DNA of 64,000 nt, from the IMG/VR virus record IMGVR_UViG_3300031339_000004, positions 1 to 64,000 of that record; one strand, given 5' to 3'. Source of the stretch: a virus. Each line of letters opens with the position of its first letter. Within the stretch, counting starts at the first letter, position 1. The notes beneath the pieces are model-generated. The model saw only the letters and a list, made by a program, of their open reading frames with translations. It was not told the DNA's origin and did not search any database. Positions 1-10,728 of the stretch are shown in pieces. The position numbers and the translations under genes are program-made.

Positions 1-632
1 GCATCAATATCAAACTTAGTTTGATCTCTTGTTGCATTATCCTCAATGTTAGATAATTTATTTTGCTCAGTAGTACTGTAAGGTCTCGAGTTACCAGCGT
101 GAAATATTAGGTTGTCGTTGACTCTAGCAGTTCCCCCGTTGTTGGTTCTAAAATCAATTGTGGCAGCACCCGTGCCGACCAATGATTCGAAGTACATTAC
201 GTTATTACTGTCAAATCCCCAGGCGCCTGTAACTAACCCACCGTCTTGACTTAATACTATAGTAGCTGTATCGTTCTCGTTAATATTATCACTGTCTGCT
301 ATCACAGAGAATACTGCCGGGCCAGTTCCGCCACTAACTGTTAAATTGCCACTAACGGTACCGTCTTGATCGCTACGTAAGAATTGTGTACTAGTAATAC
401 TGTCAAGTGTGCCCGCATCAACACCAAGTGCATCAACATCTGCTTTAGACACAAGGTATTCTGAGTCGTTTGTCAGCTCTGATATATTATCGGTTTGTTT
501 AAGAACGCGGTCTGTGCCTATGTTAACAACATAGCCGTCTGCAAAGCTAGCAGTGTCTGTAGAAACATCTACAGAGAAGTCATCTGGTCCTACAACAATA
601 CCGTTGCGGACTTTAAAATCTTTAATTGCCAT
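1..632 (-). CDS. Virion structural / tail-fibre-like protein, truncated by window edge
   Basis: Not in the ORF track. ATG at 632 follows purine-rich GGGAAAGGGAA; the frame is open to position 1 (MAIKDFKVRNGIVVGPDDF...DAGTLDSITSTQFLRSD...). The DA.TLD.....FLRSD motif is typical of phage fibre proteins. Confidence 0.7.
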   Translation of the reverse strand, partial: MAIKDFKVRNGIVVGPDDFSVDVSTDTASFADGYVVNIGTDRVLKQTDNISELTNDSEYLVSKADVDALGVDAGTLDSITSTQFLRSDQDGTVSGNLTVSGGTGPAVFSVIADSDNINENDTATIVLSQDGGLVTGAWGFDSNNVMYFESLVGTGAATIDFRTNNGGTARVNDNLIFHAGNSRPYSTTEQNKLSNIEDNATRDQTKFDID

Positions 633-677
633 TTAGTTCCCTTTCCCTAAAATTAGCTGTTCATAACTACTTATCTA

Positions 678-3600
678 TTAAATAGTTATCATAGTTTTTA
701 CTACTTTGTAAGTGTGTGAGTCTGCTGTGGCAGCAGTTGCCAGTAGGAAGACACTACCTCCAGAATATATTGCTGTAAAACTGGCCAGCGGATCTGCAGA
801 AGTATGAATTATTGCATACTCTACAAAATCTGCTGTAACGTTGCTATCATGCACTACTAGAATTTCCTGCGCTTGATAGTCACCTGTGCTGTTGTTTGTT
901 ACCTGTACTATCATCTTTGCAGACCTAAACTGCGACCCAACAAACGTAGACACTGTCTGCGGCGACGTAGAACTGAACGTTGAAGTTTCCGAATCTAAAA
1001 TAAAATCTTTAATTTGAAACGTATCAGTAACTTCTATACTACTAGCAGTAATCGAGTTAGACCAAGACGGTGATCCGCTTGTTGATGTTAAAATTGTATT
1101 CTCGACACCAATGGGCAATCGGCTCATACTGTCTGTGTTTGTAGATAACTCTGCCGCCGCAAATATTATATCACCAGCATTATAACTTTGTATGTTGGTG
1201 CCGCCCTTGTTTATAGGCACGCCTCTGTTTAGGTTTTCTGGATTAACGAAGAACGAACTTGGACTACCACCCAATGTTGCAGCATCCAGTGTGCCACCGT
1301 CTGCTGATGATGTTACATCAACTTCACCTTGTGGAGAAACAGTGAACTGGCTTTTATTAAACGACGATACGCCAATGTTAGTGTAGTCTACGTTGCCGGC
1401 TGCACTGCTTGTGGGTAATATTTCCAGCCTTAGATCGCCGTAGTAAAGGTTATCAGATCCAACTGTATTAGAGTCACCTACAAGATTTAATGGGCTGCCG
1501 GAGTCTATTCTAATAGTGCTAACCGCTTCGACCCAGACAGAATCTCCTCGTAAAAACGTACTAGTGTTTGCTGCACCGCTAGCTAGTCTCGACGGGGAAA
1601 TAATGCCTGATACTACGTTTGCTGCGTCTATATTTGTAGCAGACAATGAACTGTAATTATCCAAGTCTCTGCTTGAGGTGTCAGTTGTTCCGGCAATCTC
1701 TACATTCTGTAGAGTGAATGTTGCAGTTCCTGTGCCCGCCGATACAGTTAATGATTGTTCTGATTGTATTATGCCGTTTATGCTCTGTACAGCAAACCCT
1801 CTATCGTCGTGCAGTGTAAATGAGTTTGTAGTAAGCGCGCCAACGTAATAAAAATTGCCTGATACAAGACCGCCAGGCAGATCAGCTCCTCCTATTCTAA
1901 CAGGATCACCTACACTATACCCGTGGGAGTCTAATACTATTCTATTAGCAGAGAGTGATATTGTTCTCTTTCTAAAGATGTGTGTGCCTAGTTGGCTAGT
2001 AGTAAAATCTACCTTTTGAGCAGGATTTAGGTCATAACGAGAGTATACCTCGAAGCTAGTACTAGTTATTACCTTTACATAGAATATTCCCAATTGACTT
2101 AGCCCGCCTATTGAGGCGTTGCCATTGTTGTCATATTCGATTGGGTCACCATCAGTAAACCCGTGGCCACCGGAAACTATTATATATGAAACAGCATAAT
2201 CTATTTCTCCGTTAGAAGAGTCTCCGTCGAAACTAATAGAATTAAACGAAGTTAAGCTAGCAGTCGTTAGGTCCGGAGCATTATCATCTTCTATATAATC
2301 TCTTCTTGTATCTGATGCAGCAAATCTTATAAAGTTTCCAGTAATATCAATATACAATCTATTCTCAGTTGAAGTTACGCCAACAGTAAATGCATTGCCT
2401 CCTGATCTGCCACCAATAAGTGCGTCATCAGTTACCGTAAGAGTATCTCCTACAACATAGTTGGCGCCGCCTCTTCTTAAATCAATCTGAGTAACTTGAC
2501 CGGCAGATACTGTTATATCTGCTGTTGCACCAGCGCCGGCTCCAGTTGAACTGTCTAGCGCTACACTAAGATATGTGCCACTTGTGCTATATCCAGAACC
2601 GCTTGGCAAGTCACTGGCATCGATTAAGATTGATAGGCCCTGAACAAAATCAGTTATTTGACCTTGTGCTCGGTTAGCTGCTGACGTTACAGTAGCACCA
2701 ACAGTGAAGTCAAGAGCAGCGCCACCTTGCGGAGTATCTATTTGTAAGAATTGTGAGTCACCGTCGTCACTTAGGAAAAAGTTTTCCTGAAATTCTGCTT
2801 TAGCGCCAGCAGTAGTAACATACAGCCCTACTGGATCCTCAGTTCCGTTAATCTCTAGTGTATTGCCACTGCCTTGTATAAATTCACCAACTACGTTTAC
2901 TAGAACTACAGAAGTAGCAGAAGTAACAGCTTCTCTTACAAATCCTTCTGACCCAGTGCTAGCTTGAGAGATTCTATCTCCCTTTACTACTGTTATGGCT
3001 TGATCTACAGTAATAGATTGTTGCTGATAGACCTCAATAACAATATCACCACTCAACACTTCCTGTGGAGGGATATCGTCTACTAGTTCTAGCCTAGCCT
3101 CAAAGGAAGACAGATTGTATGAATTAAACGCTCTTGTAGGAGGAATTACATCAACATTTAATTGGCCTGACGAATTCAACTGTACAACAGCGCCTGGCAC
3201 CGCAGACGTAGCAACTCTTTTATCAAGAAAATCACCCAAACGGTTGTCCATGAACAGTCGTTGAGCAAGCTGAGTTGTCAGTCTATCGTGACTGGCGCCG
3301 CCTGGTTCATTATCGCCAAGACCCGGATCTTTTGATATTTGAGATATTGTTACGTCTGATAGACTAAGCGAGATCGAATCAAGACGTGCAATAGAAACTC
3401 GGTTTGCAAAGACTACATTACCTGTTCTGTTTTCTGCTCTTATGAAATTACCTACTTTAAAGTCGCCTAGCTCGTTTGTACCTGAAGCGTATACTCTACC
3501 AGGTAGATCTTCAAATTGCTCAAAGCGCTCTATACTTTGGCCACCGTTGCTAGGCAATGCATTGTAATCAGTACCTGATCCTGCATATTCCCATGTGTGA

Positions 3601-6218
3601 GCAGACGAGTTAACAATAGAAGGCCTATGCAAGTGCAGATCTAATCCAACAGTTTGTGCAACGTTTGTTACGGTTGATCCACCAATTGAACTTTTTATTC
3701 TAAATGTAGCTGAGTAGAGGTCTCGTTTGTCTTCAGTAGTAGACACAGGAATATCAGTAGACTGTCCGCTGGCGTCCTGCGTAATAGTAGAAGATGATGT
3801 AAAATCTACATATTGCAGTACGTTGCCAATAGTTACTTGATTCAAACTGACTACTAGCGTATTAGTAGCCTGATCCCACGAATATACGTAAGCGCTAGTA
3901 GGTGCAGCGCCGGCGGTGCCTGTTATTTCTTGGCCTACTGTAAAGTCTAGTCCTGAGCCACTAAGTGTCAAAATTTGATATCTGTTTGACTGGTTTAATA
4001 TTTCTTCTATGTAGTATTCTTCGCTACCTACAATCAACTGGTGCGTGCCTAGTGCAGGCGCATCTATAGTTGTAGTTTCGGTCAGAGCTTCATCTTCGTA
4101 TAGTCTAAACACGTCCGATGATAATTGCTCTACATAATAATAAGATCCTGACAATAATCCTGCGATCTCATTGTTGCCATTTGATTCGTATCTTACCCTA
4201 CTGCCGTTGGTGAATCCGTGGTTTATTACTGTAAACGTATTTAGAGATAGGTCCACTGCGTTGGCGTCGGGATCAAAGTTAAATGTAGTTAACGAACCTT
4301 TAAAGTTTTCTGTGATATCAACATTGTTGGAATTAATGAAACGTAAAATAAAGTGTTCGACAGGGGTTCTTCCGAATCCTATAACATTAAAAGTAGTAAA
4401 CCCGCCGTCTACGCCGTTGCTAGCAATAATTCCTTTGTCGAAATTAAACGCAGTGGGTCTGAAACCATTCGAACGAAGTGCGTACAAACCAAAGTTTGTT
4501 GCTGAGTTTGTAATAGATAAGTAGCCACCATTCTGCGCATACGATCCATTTTTACAGAAAATTTGGAAGCATGATACAACTTGTGAATACGCTTCGTTTG
4601 TAACCCGCCACCCTGTGCCGCCAAATGACAGCATAGTAAATGCGTTTGCAACAATTGATGGATTTTGTCTTGGTGTATCTCCTACCGGTGGATTCTCCGC
4701 TTCATCTTGGAATCTAGGTACGTTGGGACTGCGAACTTTGTACCCGTCATTGTAAATGCCGTTCGCTCCCAAAAACGATATAATAGAGCAGTTCTGTATA
4801 TATGGAGATGCAGTAACCAATGTCTTCTGAAAAGGAAGTTCAGGATACTCAAATCTGTTAACAGTTCTATCATCTACGTCGTCAAATGCAACAGCATAGT
4901 CAAATCGGTCCTGAGGACGACCTTCTGGGTCGAGCAAATCCCTAAATGTAAATTGAGTAAAGTACACTCCGTCTCGTATTCTTAGAAAGTCACGCAGAGG
5001 ATTAAGGGGACGCAATACACAGTTTCTTAAAGAGTCGCCTGCAATACTACAAAAATCAGGAATTAGTATAGGATTTTGTTCATAATATTCGCCCGACGAA
5101 ACCTGAATAGTTTGTGCTGTAATTTTATATTGTGGATCTACTACTGTAGCAAGAAGATTAATACCTTGTTCTAGTACGTCAATAGTAATCTGATATAGTG
5201 ATGAGAGGTCAGCAACAGCTACGCTTCCCTGTGTTTTAGTTGCGTCAGTTACTTGAGCTACTGCTGATTGATATCGACTTCCAGTTTGATCATTTTGTAT
5301 AACTCGCAATGACAATGTTTGAAGAACTGTAATTGCAGCAGCAGTTTGGGCTTCTTGGCCGTTAATAACTGAAGTTGATCCAGTATAGTAACGAGTAGCT
5401 GAAAAAACAGACTTTGAGTTGCCAGTATACTTTAGGTCATACGCGGCTGATTCAATTAGGTACCCTACGTCTCTTGAACACGTAGCAGAATTATATGAGA
5501 AGCCGTCCCACATTGAACCACCTGCTGCCGATGCAATCTGTTGTTCTATGTAAGCAATTACTTCTGCTTGCAGATATGCATTGTTTGATAACAATAACTC
5601 GGTAGCATCTTTAACGCCAACTGTAGGTGCAACTCTTGGTGAGAATGTATTCTGACTAGCAATCTGTGTAGCACGTTTAATAGTTAACACAGGAGCGTTA
5701 ATGCCGTCATTGTCATCGTTGCCGGACTTTGCTACTTGTATAGTTTTTGTGCCAGGAGCAAGCTTAATCCAATCAAGGTTGCCTGTTCCGTCAGTCTGCA
5801 GTACTTGGCCAAACTCTCCTGGCGTTTTCGGTAGAACAAAACTGTAATTAGTAGACAACCCCAGCGGAATTTTTATTTCAACACCAATCGAGGATGCGTC
5901 GCCTTCCTTAATAGTAATAGAATTAGCATCTTCAATTATAAGAGGAACTTTAATACTAGTAGCAGCATTTGTAATTTCTTGAACATTAGTTCCATCAGCA
6001 GTCATTACAATTGTTCCGACCGCGCCGGAATTGTCAATTGCAACTGAGGTATCTTGATCGTGTACCTGTTTTGTGATGTCTCTTACTGAATTGTCAGATT
6101 GCTTCATAAACACCTTGCCGTCAGTAGTGTTTAAAGCAAGTTGACCTTCCTCCAAATCCGAAGGCAGAGGGATTCTACCTAATACATCACTTCTTTTATG
6201 TTTTACCTTACTCGCCAT
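678..6218 (-). CDS. Large mosaic virion structural / fibre protein (1846 aa)
   Basis: N-terminal KRS...P..L.EG.LALN..DGK attachment-type motif; repeated HG(F/Y)..GD.(V/I).Y modules; C-terminal FRSAK.IVQ...EILVVHD...EY domain as in T4-like marine phage virion proteins. Confidence 0.7.
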   Translation of the reverse strand: MASKVKHKRSDVLGRIPLPSDLEEGQLALNTTDGKVFMKQSDNSVRDITKQVHDQDTSVAIDNSGAVGTIVMTADGTNVQEITNAATSIKVPLIIEDANSITIKEGDASSIGVEIKIPLGLSTNYSFVLPKTPGEFGQVLQTDGTGNLDWIKLAPGTKTIQVAKSGNDDNDGINAPVLTIKRATQIASQNTFSPRVAPTVGVKDATELLLSNNAYLQAEVIAYIEQQIASAAGGSMWDGFSYNSATCSRDVGYLIESAAYDLKYTGNSKSVFSATRYYTGSTSVINGQEAQTAAAITVLQTLSLRVIQNDQTGSRYQSAVAQVTDATKTQGSVAVADLSSLYQITIDVLEQGINLLATVVDPQYKITAQTIQVSSGEYYEQNPILIPDFCSIAGDSLRNCVLRPLNPLRDFLRIRDGVYFTQFTFRDLLDPEGRPQDRFDYAVAFDDVDDRTVNRFEYPELPFQKTLVTASPYIQNCSIISFLGANGIYNDGYKVRSPNVPRFQDEAENPPVGDTPRQNPSIVANAFTMLSFGGTGWRVTNEAYSQVVSCFQIFCKNGSYAQNGGYLSITNSATNFGLYALRSNGFRPTAFNFDKGIIASNGVDGGFTTFNVIGFGRTPVEHFILRFINSNNVDITENFKGSLTTFNFDPDANAVDLSLNTFTVINHGFTNGSRVRYESNGNNEIAGLLSGSYYYVEQLSSDVFRLYEDEALTETTTIDAPALGTHQLIVGSEEYYIEEILNQSNRYQILTLSGSGLDFTVGQEITGTAGAAPTSAYVYSWDQATNTLVVSLNQVTIGNVLQYVDFTSSSTITQDASGQSTDIPVSTTEDKRDLYSATFRIKSSIGGSTVTNVAQTVGLDLHLHRPSIVNSSAHTWEYAGSGTDYNALPSNGGQSIERFEQFEDLPGRVYASGTNELGDFKVGNFIRAENRTGNVVFANRVSIARLDSISLSLSDVTISQISKDPGLGDNEPGGASHDRLTTQLAQRLFMDNRLGDFLDKRVATSAVPGAVVQLNSSGQLNVDVIPPTRAFNSYNLSSFEARLELVDDIPPQEVLSGDIVIEVYQQQSITVDQAITVVKGDRISQASTGSEGFVREAVTSATSVVLVNVVGEFIQGSGNTLEINGTEDPVGLYVTTAGAKAEFQENFFLSDDGDSQFLQIDTPQGGAALDFTVGATVTSAANRAQGQITDFVQGLSILIDASDLPSGSGYSTSGTYLSVALDSSTGAGAGATADITVSAGQVTQIDLRRGGANYVVGDTLTVTDDALIGGRSGGNAFTVGVTSTENRLYIDITGNFIRFAASDTRRDYIEDDNAPDLTTASLTSFNSISFDGDSSNGEIDYAVSYIIVSGGHGFTDGDPIEYDNNGNASIGGLSQLGIFYVKVITSTSFEVYSRYDLNPAQKVDFTTSQLGTHIFRKRTISLSANRIVLDSHGYSVGDPVRIGGADLPGGLVSGNFYYVGALTTNSFTLHDDRGFAVQSINGIIQSEQSLTVSAGTGTATFTLQNVEIAGTTDTSSRDLDNYSSLSATNIDAANVVSGIISPSRLASGAANTSTFLRGDSVWVEAVSTIRIDSGSPLNLVGDSNTVGSDNLYYGDLRLEILPTSSAAGNVDYTNIGVSSFNKSQFTVSPQGEVDVTSSADGGTLDAATLGGSPSSFFVNPENLNRGVPINKGGTNIQSYNAGDIIFAAAELSTNTDSMSRLPIGVENTILTSTSGSPSWSNSITASSIEVTDTFQIKDFILDSETSTFSSTSPQTVSTFVGSQFRSAKMIVQVTNNSTGDYQAQEILVVHDSNVTADFVEYAIIHTSADPLASFTAIYSGGSVFLLATAATADSHTYKVVKTMITI

Positions 6219-7246
6219 TAATATGTTCCTTCGTCAATTGTGTCTGTCCAAACCGGAGTACCTGCACTATCAACAGTGAATACTTCAAACGATGTTGATG
6301 CATTGTTAGTACCTGCTGCATCAGTAACACTAACAGGGTTAGTACTATCTCCATATAAGATACCGTTCAACGTGAGATTACGTTTTCCTATGCCACCTTC
6401 CGATACTGCCAGCGCATTTGCTATGCTGAGGTTGCCGTTAATTAGAACGCTGCCTCCTGCTCCTGCAGGTGAAGGATCAATTATTAACTGGCCATTAGTT
6501 GTTGATATTCGGTTAACATTGGTATTTAGAAAAACAAAGCCGTTTTGATCAAGTCTTGCAACTAATCTTCCGCCTGTTATAAACTCTAGTTGATCATTAT
6601 CTTGTTCTGGCGTAGTTTCAGCAGCAATAAAAGTATCACCGTCTGCATCTATAACTCCACCACCACCACCTTGCGAAAGCTGATAGTTAACAATGTCAAT
6701 TACTGCTCTAGTGTTTGGTAGCCTGTCGTCATCACCATCCTTTGAGATAGAACCATCAAAGTTAGGGGTTACAACAGAGCCTACATAGTTAAGAATATTT
6801 CTTTCGTAGTTAACTGTGCCGTCGACACTAACTATACCTGTGCCGCTACCTACTAAAACTAAATTGCCGCCGCCTGTGGTTACTGCATTGGTTCTAATGC
6901 CTTTTGTTGCGCCGCCGTCTACCTTAAAGACAAATTGTCCTGGTGATTGAGGATTAACAAGATCCGGAAGATCCTCGTCGTAAACAAGGAATGCATCTGG
7001 TCTAGTACCTCGATCGATTTGTAAGCCAGCAGTGCGTTCGTTAGCTGATATTCCGGCGCCAGCCTCGCCACTGTTTACAACTATAATGTTATCACGCACT
7101 GCTAGGTCAGTAGACGTAATAGTTGTTGACTCTCCCTGTACTGTCAAGTTCCCGGGTATTATTACGTTATTGCTATCCAAGGTGATGATTCCATCTGGTG
7201 CTTTTACGTAATAATCACCGTTGTATATGTTTAGATACTTTGACAT
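6218..7246 (-). CDS. Virion structural protein (fibre-like)
   Basis: GNLTVQG..T....T.L.V.DN.I..N fibre motif, DADGDT.I..E motif, C-terminal IDEGTY; 1-nt overlap with the downstream gene. Confidence 0.6.
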   Translation of the reverse strand: MSKYLNIYNGDYYVKAPDGIITLDSNNVIIPGNLTVQGESTTITSTDLAVRDNIIVVNSGEAGAGISANERTAGLQIDRGTRPDAFLVYDEDLPDLVNPQSPGQFVFKVDGGATKGIRTNAVTTGGGNLVLVGSGTGIVSVDGTVNYERNILNYVGSVVTPNFDGSISKDGDDDRLPNTRAVIDIVNYQLSQGGGGGVIDADGDTFIAAETTPEQDNDQLEFITGGRLVARLDQNGFVFLNTNVNRISTTNGQLIIDPSPAGAGGSVLINGNLSIANALAVSEGGIGKRNLTLNGILYGDSTNPVSVTDAAGTNNASTSFEVFTVDSAGTPVWTDTIDEGTY

Positions 7247-7262
7247 TTATTAGTCCTAGAAA

Positions 7263-7625
7263 TTAGATTTGTGTTAAAACTAATACGTTAGCAGTTGAAT
7301 CATCTGAGATTTCCCATTTGTAAACATTGTTGTCAAAGTCGATCACTGTTCTATTTTGTAGCTTACGAATGTTTACTGTCTGGCCTGCTTGATTAGATCC
7401 TTGTATAACCATTTCGTCATCAGCTGGCGCTGACTTATCTACTAAACGACAGCTACCTTGATTTGTTCCGTCATTGACAACGAACATAGTTTCCGAGCGT
7501 TGACTTACAATGTAGCCTTTCTCCGTTACTGCGTTTGTTCCTATTTTTACAATAACACTAAAGTTACCGTCTTCAACTCCATCTACGTTAGCACCTAGAT
7601 ATCTTTTATTAATTGGACGTCCCAT
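7263..7625 (-). CDS. Hypothetical late (probably virion) protein
   Basis: AAGGAG Shine-Dalgarno (SD), upstream ATAAATA late-promoter motif, MGRPINKRY N-terminus. Confidence 0.75.
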   Translation of the reverse strand: MGRPINKRYLGANVDGVEDGNFSVIVKIGTNAVTEKGYIVSQRSETMFVVNDGTNQGSCRLVDKSAPADDEMVIQGSNQAGQTVNIRKLQNRTVIDFDNNVYKWEISDDSTANVLVLTQI

Positions 7626-7715
7626 TTGTTTTCTCCTTGGTTACGTTCTAAGTAATACGCGGTGGGTCACTTCCGCATAAGTCCACTAGTCTAGTGGCAC
7701 GATTATAGACACAAG

Positions 7716-7722
7716 TATTTAT
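7716..7722 (-). promoter_or_regulatory. T4-type late promoter (ATAAATA)
   Basis: Matches the gp55-dependent TATAAATA core; lies just past the gp23 terminator, upstream of 7625. Confidence 0.65.
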
Positions 7723-7748
7723 CTATCTAGCATCGAGGACACAATCAC

Positions 7749-7772
7749 AAAAATAGGCCCCGAAAGGCCTAT
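7749..7772 (-). terminator. Rho-independent terminator after major capsid gene
   Basis: Minus strand reads ATAGGCCT-TTCG-GGGCCTAT followed by a T run. Confidence 0.85.
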
Positions 7773-7802
7773 ATTCTTTTCTTTCTACCTAACTTTACAA
7801 TA

Positions 7803-8975
7803 TTAGCTAAAGCTAACGTTACCGTTAGTAATGCCAACTTGGCCTAGGTAGTCTGATGCGTTACCAAGAGATGACGCAGTGTTGCTTAGTTCTACATAAC
7901 CGTAACGTGTCATAAACGATACAGTTGGTTCGAACGTGCTTGGATCAAGTACAACACCTGAGCTCATAAGCGGAATGTATGGGCAATAGAACGCTGCCGC
8001 ATCTGATTCGCTTGAACCTTTGTAACCAATTAGTACTGGTGCGCTGTCAGATGCATAAGTGTTAACATATACCTTCATAGCGTTGTTCAAAGTACCAACC
8101 ATCTTAGTGTTAGTCGGAGCTTCAAAAGTACCTTCTGTAGTACGAGCAAACGCACTAGTAGTAGCACTCTGTAGAATGGTCAGTGCAAACGGACTAACTA
8201 CAGTCCAGTTACCTGAGCCACGACGTGTACGCTGAGCAATCAAGTTGCTTACGCGGTTGATCTGAACAGCTAGTGCAGCGTGCTCGTCACCTACGAATGT
8301 AGCAGTACCACTTACAGCAGCTTGGTCATATGTTTCGTATGTGCCAGCTAGGCTGCTTAGTGAAGTAAGAACTTCTTGATCAATTTCAGCGGTAATTTCT
8401 TGTGCAAGAGCAGCCATGATTTCTGCTTCTACATCAATACCGTGCTGTGACTGTGCATCCTGTGCTGATTCAAAAGTCCAACGTGCACTCAACTTACGAG
8501 TTTTCGCTTCAACTGTTTGCTTCAAGATTTGGATGCTTAGACGGTTACCAGCGGTACCTTCAAGTCCTGCTGTAGGTGCTGCTCTGCCAGTACCAGTATT
8601 ACCTGAGTATGCTTCTGCAATCTTAAACGGGCTCAGTGCTTCTTCACCAGCTACTGCACCGCTTGCGCCTGTGCCTGCTGTGTCGCTGTAGCGAACACGC
8701 AAGGTGTGAATCTGACCAACTGGTCCAGTCATTGGCTGGACACCAACTAACTCGTTTGCAATTACTGTTGGCATTACACGACGAATAACTGGTAAAATAA
8801 CACGGTTAAGTGTTGCAACATTACCAGCAGAGGTAGCGCCTGCTGTTGCTGATTCCGAAAGATACTTACGAGTATTTTCCAGTGTGGTAGCCATTACAGA
8901 CTTCTTGTTGCCCTGTAGACCTTCTAGCAGTGCTGTCTTCGTGTCGTGCCAGCGACTTTCTAATAGTTCTGACAT
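7803..8975 (-). CDS. gp23: Major capsid protein (T4 gp23 family)
   Basis: VGVQPMTGPVGQI, VEAKTRKLSARWTFE.AQD...HG.D.EAE, FYCPYIPL and FMTRYG motifs; follows scaffold and protease genes. Confidence 0.97.
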   Translation of the reverse strand: MSELLESRWHDTKTALLEGLQGNKKSVMATTLENTRKYLSESATAGATSAGNVATLNRVILPVIRRVMPTVIANELVGVQPMTGPVGQIHTLRVRYSDTAGTGASGAVAGEEALSPFKIAEAYSGNTGTGRAAPTAGLEGTAGNRLSIQILKQTVEAKTRKLSARWTFESAQDAQSQHGIDVEAEIMAALAQEITAEIDQEVLTSLSSLAGTYETYDQAAVSGTATFVGDEHAALAVQINRVSNLIAQRTRRGSGNWTVVSPFALTILQSATTSAFARTTEGTFEAPTNTKMVGTLNNAMKVYVNTYASDSAPVLIGYKGSSESDAAAFYCPYIPLMSSGVVLDPSTFEPTVSFMTRYGYVELSNTASSLGNASDYLGQVGITNGNVSFS

Positions 8976-8989
8976 AATTGTCTCCTTGA

Positions 8990-10090
8990 TTATAATCCAG
9001 CTAGACGTCGTAAGTCAATTACGTTGGTGTCTGCTTTCGAACTAGCGTTGTAGGTTTGCGAATTCTGTTCGCGATTACCTGTTACTTCTTTGCCTTCTGA
9101 TAGAACTTGTTTCTGCTTTGTAGGACTACGGCTATTAATTACTGCCGGCAAGTACTTGTCAAACGCAGACTTCAGTCTAGTTGTTTGCACTGTTTCCAGT
9201 AAGTCTGTCATAATTTCGCGTTGGTCTTTGCTTAATGGTCCAACCAACTCATTAACAGTCTTTGCTCTTGATGTTGATTCTACTAATCGATTCTTTTCAT
9301 TCTTAGTAGACTCAGCAATCTGGATTGCTTTCTTGGCAGTGACCTTTGCTTCTGAAAGTTGCTTGTCTTTAATAGCAAGTACTTTCATTAGCTTAGCAGT
9401 TTCCGAACTTTCATTTAGGTAAGAAATTCCGTATTCTGCTGCAAATGCTTCGAAGATCTTACGACCGAAGTCATTCTTACGTGCAAAGTCAATATCTTCT
9501 TTCAATGCCTTAATCTCTTTATTGAGACCTTTTGACACAGTTTCAGTTATTGCCTTTGTGCTTCTTTCAATAAAGCTGACTTTAACTTTACTGAAGTGTG
9601 CTTTAGCTTCTCGTACCAAACGAACTTTGGTTTCAGCTAAGTCATTCTTGTCTTCATAAAATTCTGCAATTTCGTTTGACAAGGCGTCTACAATAAACTC
9701 TTCAAGCTTGGCATTTTGTTCGCGCATCTTTAGTTTGTCTGTATGTAGTTCTTTGATTTCTCGTTGTAATTGTTCTACAACAAAGCCTTTTAAAAGTTTT
9801 GCATTATCACGCATAGCAACTGAATACTTTGCTTTTGCTTCTGCTAGTTGCTTGCGATCGTCTGCAAACTCTGCAATTTCTTCTGCAAGTCTTTCTGAAA
9901 GCATTGAGTCGATTGCTTCAACCATAGTTGACTTATCGTGCTCGTATTTTTGTGCAAATTCCTCACGTAACTCTGATACCGCTGCGTGTTTGTTTTCTGC
10001 AATCCTTGCTTCCCAGGCTTCTTCAATCTGTGCCCTGACCTCTGACGATACTGCGTCATTTTCAAAGAGTGTTTTCAGTGCATCTATCAT
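8990..10090 (-). CDS. gp22: Prohead core scaffold protein (gp22-like)
   Basis: Coiled-coil, E/K-rich; position between protease and capsid genes. Confidence 0.8.
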   Translation of the reverse strand: MIDALKTLFENDAVSSEVRAQIEEAWEARIAENKHAAVSELREEFAQKYEHDKSTMVEAIDSMLSERLAEEIAEFADDRKQLAEAKAKYSVAMRDNAKLLKGFVVEQLQREIKELHTDKLKMREQNAKLEEFIVDALSNEIAEFYEDKNDLAETKVRLVREAKAHFSKVKVSFIERSTKAITETVSKGLNKEIKALKEDIDFARKNDFGRKIFEAFAAEYGISYLNESSETAKLMKVLAIKDKQLSEAKVTAKKAIQIAESTKNEKNRLVESTSRAKTVNELVGPLSKDQREIMTDLLETVQTTRLKSAFDKYLPAVINSRSPTKQKQVLSEGKEVTGNREQNSQTYNASSKADTNVIDLRRLAGL

Positions 10091-10104
10091 TCCGTTCTCC
10101 TAGT

Positions 10105-10728
10105 TTACCGGAGTTTACTGATTATATTAATCAGCGATTCCTTTAGATACTTTTGTGCTTTTGTGTCTTCTCTAGTTGCCTTTGCAAGCTCGTATGCTTG
10201 GTAACCCCCGCGTGTATTCATCATGTGTTCATAAATAGCAGTCGGGTATGCACCTGGAGCACTAGGTTGAGCCACAATGTCCACGGTGATTATTTCAAAG
10301 TCAGATACTGTATTGCTACCGTCCTCTGAAACGTTACCTGAACCTCTAGAAGAGACACCTAGCTTAACGCCGCTTTCCAGCAACGTCTTCACTAGGTTCC
10401 CCATTGGTGTTGGTAATATTTTCATCTTACCATAACCATTGTCATCGTCCATCCACATTTCAGTAATCATATGTGAGACTCTGTCAAGGTTAATATTAAG
10501 ACCTTCTGGATGATCAACTTCGCCGAGAACTGAATAACCGCCGTGTACTTGATCATTGAGCGTTTTGACAGCCCTGCCTATTTCATTTACAGGATACATT
10601 CTTTGATTAGCGTTACGGACTCCACCTTGAATACAAATTCCTTTCATATAAAGGTCTTTGCCATCATTGGCGTTTTCGACAACTATCCTAGCTTGGTCAA
10701 ATGTTAAATGTTCTCGTAGGTTTTTCAT
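10105..10728 (-). CDS. gp21: Prohead protease (gp21, S77 family)
   Basis: N.N.R.YP, LGEVDHP, RVSH, LGVSSRG.G and D.V.QPSAP.AY motifs. Confidence 0.95.
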   Translation of the reverse strand: MKNLREHLTFDQARIVVENANDGKDLYMKGICIQGGVRNANQRMYPVNEIGRAVKTLNDQVHGGYSVLGEVDHPEGLNINLDRVSHMITEMWMDDDNGYGKMKILPTPMGNLVKTLLESGVKLGVSSRGSGNVSEDGSNTVSDFEIITVDIVAQPSAPGAYPTAIYEHMMNTRGGYQAYELAKATREDTKAQKYLKESLINIISKLR

